A stretch of DNA of 64,000 nt from a bacterium (GTDB lineage: Bacteria; SAR324; XYD2-FULL-50-16; G965216635): positions 2,048,001-2,112,000 of the forward strand of contig OZ244188.1 of the NCBI GenBank assembly GCA_965216635.1. Direction: 5' to 3'. The notes below the pieces were generated by a model. That model was not told where the DNA came from. It worked only from the letters and a program-made list of their open reading frames with translations, and did no database searches. The position numbers were made by a program, and so were the translations under genes. This document shows, piece by piece, positions 59,360 to 64,000 of this stretch. Position 1 is the stretch's first letter. Each line of letters starts with the position of its first letter.

Positions 59360-59498
59360 AGTATTGATTTTAAAGGAGAATTATAATATTATATGGTTTT
59401 TAGATAGATTTTAGAGCTATATTTCTTTTTTTTAGTGTTGACTTTAAAGGAGAATTATAATATTATATGGTTTTTAGATAGATTTTAGATCTATATTT
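59360..59498 (+). promoter_or_regulatory. Tandemly duplicated (74-bp period) putative sigma-70 promoter
   Basis: TTGA(T/C)T-N17-TATTAT twice; only one related copy upstream of 61227. Confidence 0.65.
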
Positions 59499-59528
59499 TC
59501 TTATGTTTAATTTAAATTAAAAAACAAA

Positions 59529-60908
59529 ATGTCAAATAAAATTACAGGTAAAATTACTGGTAAAATGCCAAATAAAATGAATAGTAAAAATTTTACTGGT
59601 TTGTTTGCTGGGTCGGTTATGGGTTCGGTTATTGGCTCGTTTAAAGCTGTGCTTTTAGTGGGTTTGCTCTTTTCTATTGTAGCAGGGGTGGCTAGCTTAA
59701 AAGCCCAAGAGGGAAACCAAGCAAGACAGCAGGGTTGGTTTGTTGGTGTTAGTCCTTTTGTGATGGATGTAAAACTCAAAAAAACAAGCAGGCGAGTAAG
59801 TGAGGAAAGGACGCAAGAACGCGAAGTAGTAAGTGAGGATATAGGTGTTACTGCAAATGATATTATCTACGACGCCACTGTGCCTGACTTTCTCGTAAAT
59901 GATCTTCACAAAGCACGATTCGGTCTCAGGTTGTTGTCCTCTGAAAAGAACCTACAAATTGCCAATACTGCAATCCGTCATGCTAAATCCTTGTGTAAAA
60001 ACGGTGAAATACTCATAACAACAGAAGATATTTTCCGTTTAAAAAGCTACGACGCAACGGAAAGCTTGACAGATGACCTGAGCCAACTCTTACAAAACAC
60101 ACCAGCAACAACCATTGGCACTAGCACAGCGTCCCAAGATGCAGCAGCTCCTCTTTGTGAAGCTTTTTTTGAGTCTGGTTTATCTTCTAATTCAATGTCA
60201 CGCATAATCTCAGACGACACAACAAAACTACCAGACAAAACCTCAGAAGAAACCACAGAAGAAACCTCAAAACTCAAGGGAACAGGAATCTCGTTTGGTT
60301 TTAACTTTGAAAAATACTCCTTGTCTTTCAACCAACTCCAATGGAGCGCAGGAGACGACAAACTGCAAGCCCAAGTGCTTTTAGCCCGTTACTTTCTACC
60401 CTACGGTCTTTCTGTAGGAGGGGGTTTAGCGAGCGCAAAGCTAGGCACTTCTTTTGGATCGGCATCGGGCACAGCCCCCGCCTTGCATTTTGCCTACAAC
60501 CGAGCCATTACAAAAAACTTGCAAGTAGAGGTAGGTTTATTTTGGCTAGGGCTGGATCTTGCAGTGCAGGATATCCAGATCATTAATTCTACTCCTACGA
60601 CTACGACTACAACTACTCCTACGACTACTACTGCTCCTAATTTCCAAAGGAGAGCCATCGTTGGTCTGTCGCAGGTAGTAAGTGGTGGCGCAAACAACTA
60701 TTTCGCGCAAGCAGGTACTCTTATAGTTAACGGGGTTCCACAAGGAGATTATGATACTAGAATAGTGGTTACCGCAAAGATTCCCGGTGGAGTGAGCACA
60801 ACAACGACTACCACTACAACAACTACTGAGAGCGGACAACACCACCAAACCGCAGAAATCAAAAACCCCGCCACCATTAGCATAAATTTCATCTGGCGCT
60901 TTCGTTAA
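59529..60908 (+). CDS. Putative outer-membrane beta-barrel protein with variable inserts (paralog 2)
   Basis: RQQGWFVG after a long signal peptide; ends ISINFIWRFR. Confidence 0.75.
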   Translation: MSNKITGKITGKMPNKMNSKNFTGLFAGSVMGSVIGSFKAVLLVGLLFSIVAGVASLKAQEGNQARQQGWFVGVSPFVMDVKLKKTSRRVSEERTQEREVVSEDIGVTANDIIYDATVPDFLVNDLHKARFGLRLLSSEKNLQIANTAIRHAKSLCKNGEILITTEDIFRLKSYDATESLTDDLSQLLQNTPATTIGTSTASQDAAAPLCEAFFESGLSSNSMSRIISDDTTKLPDKTSEETTEETSKLKGTGISFGFNFEKYSLSFNQLQWSAGDDKLQAQVLLARYFLPYGLSVGGGLASAKLGTSFGSASGTAPALHFAYNRAITKNLQVEVGLFWLGLDLAVQDIQIINSTPTTTTTTTPTTTTAPNFQRRAIVGLSQVVSGGANNYFAQAGTLIVNGVPQGDYDTRIVVTAKIPGGVSTTTTTTTTTTESGQHHQTAEIKNPATISINFIWRFR

Positions 60909-60931
60909 GGGCACTTTTAAAGAAAATTGCA

Positions 60932-61046
60932 GGGGACATTTTTTTTGCTTATTCAACCATTTTGGGCAAAAAATGTGTCCCCGTTCTTAAATAAGAAGGT
61001 ATTTTTGCGGGGACACATTTTTATCTACCGATAAAAAAATGTCCCC
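60932..61046. repeat. Two GGGGACA hairpins in opposite orientation (60932..60982 and 61009..61046)
   Basis: Same arms as 1295..1332; the first has a different loop. Confidence 0.85.
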
Positions 61047-61226
61047 TGCAATATTTTTGTTTTTTTATTTAGTTTTTTGTGATTTTTCTTTTTATTTTCA
61101 CCTTTTTGTCTATCTTTTTGTTTTTTAGTATTGATTTTAAAGGAGAATTTGATTATTATATGGTTTTTAGATAGATTTTAGAGCTATATTTCTTTTTATT
61201 ATGCTTAATTTAAATTAAAAAACAAA

Positions 61227-62558
61227 ATGTCAAATAAAATTATAGGTAAAATTACTGGTAATATTACTGGTAAAACGCCAAATAAAATTACAGGTAAAAA
61301 TTTTACTGGCTTGGATGCGGGCTCTGTTATGGGTAGGTTTGCTGGTTCGTTTATGGCTGTGTTTTTAGTGGGTTTGCTTTTTTCTCTTGTAGCAGGGGTA
61401 GGAAATTTACAGGCACAGGAGAGACAGCAGGGTTGGTTTGTTGGTGTTAGTCCTTTTGTGATGGATGTAAAACTCAAAAAAACAAGCAGGCGAGTAAGTG
61501 AGGAAAGGACGGTAGTAAGCGAAGTAGTAAGCAAGGCAGTAAGTGCTATTAGCTACGACGCCAATGTGCCTAACTTTGCTTCAAATACCCTACACACACA
61601 ACGATTCGGTGGTGTTGATGGCGATAACCTAGCAGTTGCCATGGCGGCAATAGCAGATGCTATATCCTTGTGTCAGAACGGTGCAATACCCATAAAGGGT
61701 ATAGCTACCATCGGTTTGAATAGCTACGACGCAACGGAAAGCTTAATAGATGATCTAAGCCAACTCTTACAAAATACACCAGCAATATCCGTTGGCTCTA
61801 GCACAACAGATCAAGCTGCAGCAGCCCGCCGTTGTCAAACTTTTTTTGCTTCAGGTTTAGATCCCTCTGGTCCAGTGACAACCGTACTCCCAGAGTATAC
61901 AACAAAACTACCAGACAAAACCACAGAAGAAACCTCAAAACTCAAGGGAACAGGAATCTCGTTCGGTTTTAACTTTGAAAAATACTCCTTGTCTTTCAAC
62001 CAACTCCAATGGAGCGCAGGAGACGACAAACTGCAAGCCCAGGTGCTTTTAGCCCGTTACTTTCTACCCTACGGTCTTTCTGTAGGAGGGGGTTTAGCGA
62101 GTGCAAAGCTAGGCACAGTTTTTGGATCGGCATCGGGCACAGCCCCCGCCTTGCATTTTGCCTACAACCGAGCCATTACAAAAAACTTGCAGCTTCAGGT
62201 AGGTTTATTTTGGCTAGGGCTGGATCTTGCGGCGGCAGATACCCAGATTATTAATTCTACTCCTACGACTACAACTTCTACTCTAACTACTCATGCTTCT
62301 ACTTTCCAACAAAAGAGAGCCATACTTGGTCTGATTCGGAAACTTGGGTCAGCCGAGAATAACTATAATGCACTTAAAGGGAATTATGGTGGCACTCCCT
62401 TCGATACTAGAATAGTGGTTACCGCAAGGATTCCCCGCGAAGTGAGCACAACAACGACTACCAGCACTACAAAAACTGTGAGCGAAACCCACCACCAAAC
62501 CGCAGAAATAAAAAACCCCGCCACCATTAGCATAAATTTCATCTGGCGCTTTCGTTAA
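61227..62558 (+). CDS. Putative outer-membrane beta-barrel protein with variable inserts (paralog 3)
   Basis: Scaffold DNA near-identical to 59529; inserts divergent. Confidence 0.75.
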   Translation: MSNKIIGKITGNITGKTPNKITGKNFTGLDAGSVMGRFAGSFMAVFLVGLLFSLVAGVGNLQAQERQQGWFVGVSPFVMDVKLKKTSRRVSEERTVVSEVVSKAVSAISYDANVPNFASNTLHTQRFGGVDGDNLAVAMAAIADAISLCQNGAIPIKGIATIGLNSYDATESLIDDLSQLLQNTPAISVGSSTTDQAAAARRCQTFFASGLDPSGPVTTVLPEYTTKLPDKTTEETSKLKGTGISFGFNFEKYSLSFNQLQWSAGDDKLQAQVLLARYFLPYGLSVGGGLASAKLGTVFGSASGTAPALHFAYNRAITKNLQLQVGLFWLGLDLAAADTQIINSTPTTTTSTLTTHASTFQQKRAILGLIRKLGSAENNYNALKGNYGGTPFDTRIVVTARIPREVSTTTTTSTTKTVSETHHQTAEIKNPATISINFIWRFR

Positions 62559-62652
62559 GGGCACTTTTAAAGAAAATTGCAGGGGATGTTTTTTTTACCA
62601 CCAACCTGCAAGGGATTTTTTAAAAAATAACGTTCCCAGAATACAAAAAAAA

Positions 62653-62901
62653 ATGAAAGAAGAAAAAATTTTAAAACTAGAAATAATAAAAGAAAAATTG
62701 ACTCTTCTCAGACTATTTTTGAGTTTGACTATTATTGCTATTTTTGGTATTGTAGGATGGACTTGGATAAATTATAGCAATGTTATTCGCCATAGCTATG
62801 ATAACCGTTTTTACCTTATTTGTATTGTTGCTTTTTTTATAATAGCTCTCGCTTTAAGTTTATTAATTAGAATATTAACCTTGTTCAAAAAAATATTATG
62901 A
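62653..62901 (+). CDS. Small two-TM hypothetical membrane protein
   Basis: 82-aa ORF with two hydrophobic segments. Confidence 0.5.
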   Translation: MKEEKILKLEIIKEKLTLLRLFLSLTIIAIFGIVGWTWINYSNVIRHSYDNRFYLICIVAFFIIALALSLLIRILTLFKKIL

Positions 62902-63061
62902 AAGAAATTTTGCCTTTACTTCTCCCTGTTGTTTTATTATTTTTGGGATTCATACTCCCTGTTGGTTATTTTGTTTTTTTTGATAAAGATTTGCTTATAT
63001 TGAATGAAAAAAGCAAAAAACAAAAAAACAAAAAACAAAAAACAAAAATAAACCAAAAAAC

Positions 63062-63200
63062 AAGACCACTGCATTAGTGTTATGCTTACCCCACTATTGG
63101 GGCTATACTGCTAAAGTTAGACAAATATAGACATTTCTACATAAGATAAAAAATTATCCGCATTGCTTAGCTTTCCTATAATGCTAAAATTCAAAGGTCT
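63062..63200. mobile_element. Palindromic MITE copy or copies
   Basis: AAGACCACTGCATTAG start, ATGCTTACCCCACTATTG module and AATTCAAAGGTCT end. Confidence 0.65.
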
Positions 63201-64000
63201 ATGAAATTTACTCTATCCATTCTCAATAGCTCTTTTTTTAAAAAACTGGAAAGTTGTCTTGCCCTAGATAGTAAAAAATCATTACAAGAAATTTTACTTT
63301 ATCCCGCGTCTCTTTCAAAATACGGCAGTCTTACCCTAAAAGACGCAAAAAACCACGCTATAAACAGCAATAGTTGGCAAAATAAAAAAATAGTTTTGGT
63401 GTGGGATTTACTCCCCGATGACGAGCAACTACGGGAGCAGTCTTTAGCATTAAAATCTTGGTTAGAGCTTTTAAAGCAAACCTCTCACAGCATTAGTATT
63501 CGCTTTCAAGACCCTGGTGTGGGTTTTTTTTTACAGCAGAAATACTCTGATTTAGCATTGCAGTTAAGTTTAGAAAGATTCAGCCATAATTTGCATTCTG
63601 CTTCTCATTGGGAAAAAATTTTTCAGCCGCAACTAGAAAAAATTATTCTCTCCAACTTAACTCCACTTTCCACAATCCAAGAATGGCTTAAAACAATAAA
63701 GACAGATACCGAATTGCTAGGAATCGGAAGATTAGAAATTTTTTATTCTCCTCGTGAGCTAGTTTCTGGTGTTTTAAATTTTGATAATGAGAAAAAATCT
63801 CCAGTAGAACCACTGGTAGAACAGCAGGTTAAAATAGAAAGTATAGATAGGGTTGGTTCTTGGAATAGGCTAGTGCAAAATTCCAGAGGCAGCGTTCTTT
63901 TTAATGCTAAAGATGTTTGTGTTTTGAATTATTGGGAAGCTATAAAAGCCGCAGGGGTCAAATTCCTTCGTTTAGAGCCTTACCAATTAGAGCAATTTTC
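63201..64000 (+). CDS. Peptidase U32 family protein (partial, runs off the window)
   Basis: Manual translation from ATG 63201: IRFQDPG, ILSNL, FYSPRELVS, GSVLFNAKDVC, GVKFLRLE; not in the ORF track because no stop is present. Confidence 0.7.
   Translation, partial: MKFTLSILNSSFFKKLESCLALDSKKSLQEILLYPASLSKYGSLTLKDAKNHAINSNSWQNKKIVLVWDLLPDDEQLREQSLALKSWLELLKQTSHSISIRFQDPGVGFFLQQKYSDLALQLSLERFSHNLHSASHWEKIFQPQLEKIILSNLTPLSTIQEWLKTIKTDTELLGIGRLEIFYSPRELVSGVLNFDNEKKSPVEPLVEQQVKIESIDRVGSWNRLVQNSRGSVLFNAKDVCVLNYWEAIKAAGVKFLRLEPYQLEQF

Noticed and set aside
59529..62558. Diversity-generating retroelement or shufflon behind the OMP variation
   Set aside because: No reverse transcriptase or site-specific invertase is in the window; differences include indels and are not adenine-specific.

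Overview
AT-rich chromosomal segment from a Gram-negative bacterium (roughly one-third GC by eye). It shows signs of an actively rearranging, possibly host-associated genome. Housekeeping genes (pyrE-like, rnhA, secA split at a homopolymer, ftsY, valS, ffh, rpoN, dcd, nagZ/anmK, olsB/olsA-like, amino-acid ABC components) are interspersed with unusual loci. (1) Three paralogous outer-membrane beta-barrel-like genes have a conserved scaffold, two hypervariable inserts on Thr-rich stalks and flanking GGGGACA hairpins; this is the best candidate for an undescribed surface-diversification system. (2) A ~3530-aa TpsA/CdiA-like protein has two TPS domains, a 7-copy tandem promoter array upstream, and an IS5 plus orphan toxin/immunity remnants downstream. 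(3) A mosaic glycosyltransferase array has GT2 and GT10 enzymes sharing one C-terminal tag. (4) About 18 copies of a modular palindromic MITE occur, one inserted with a TATA duplication into a pyruvate kinase pseudogene. (5) Two integron-cassette-like orphan genes occur without an integrase. (6) Four parS-like sites cluster at 34-38 kb. No rRNA, tRNA, CRISPR array or reverse transcriptase was recognised. All functional calls come from reading motifs by eye, not from database searches.
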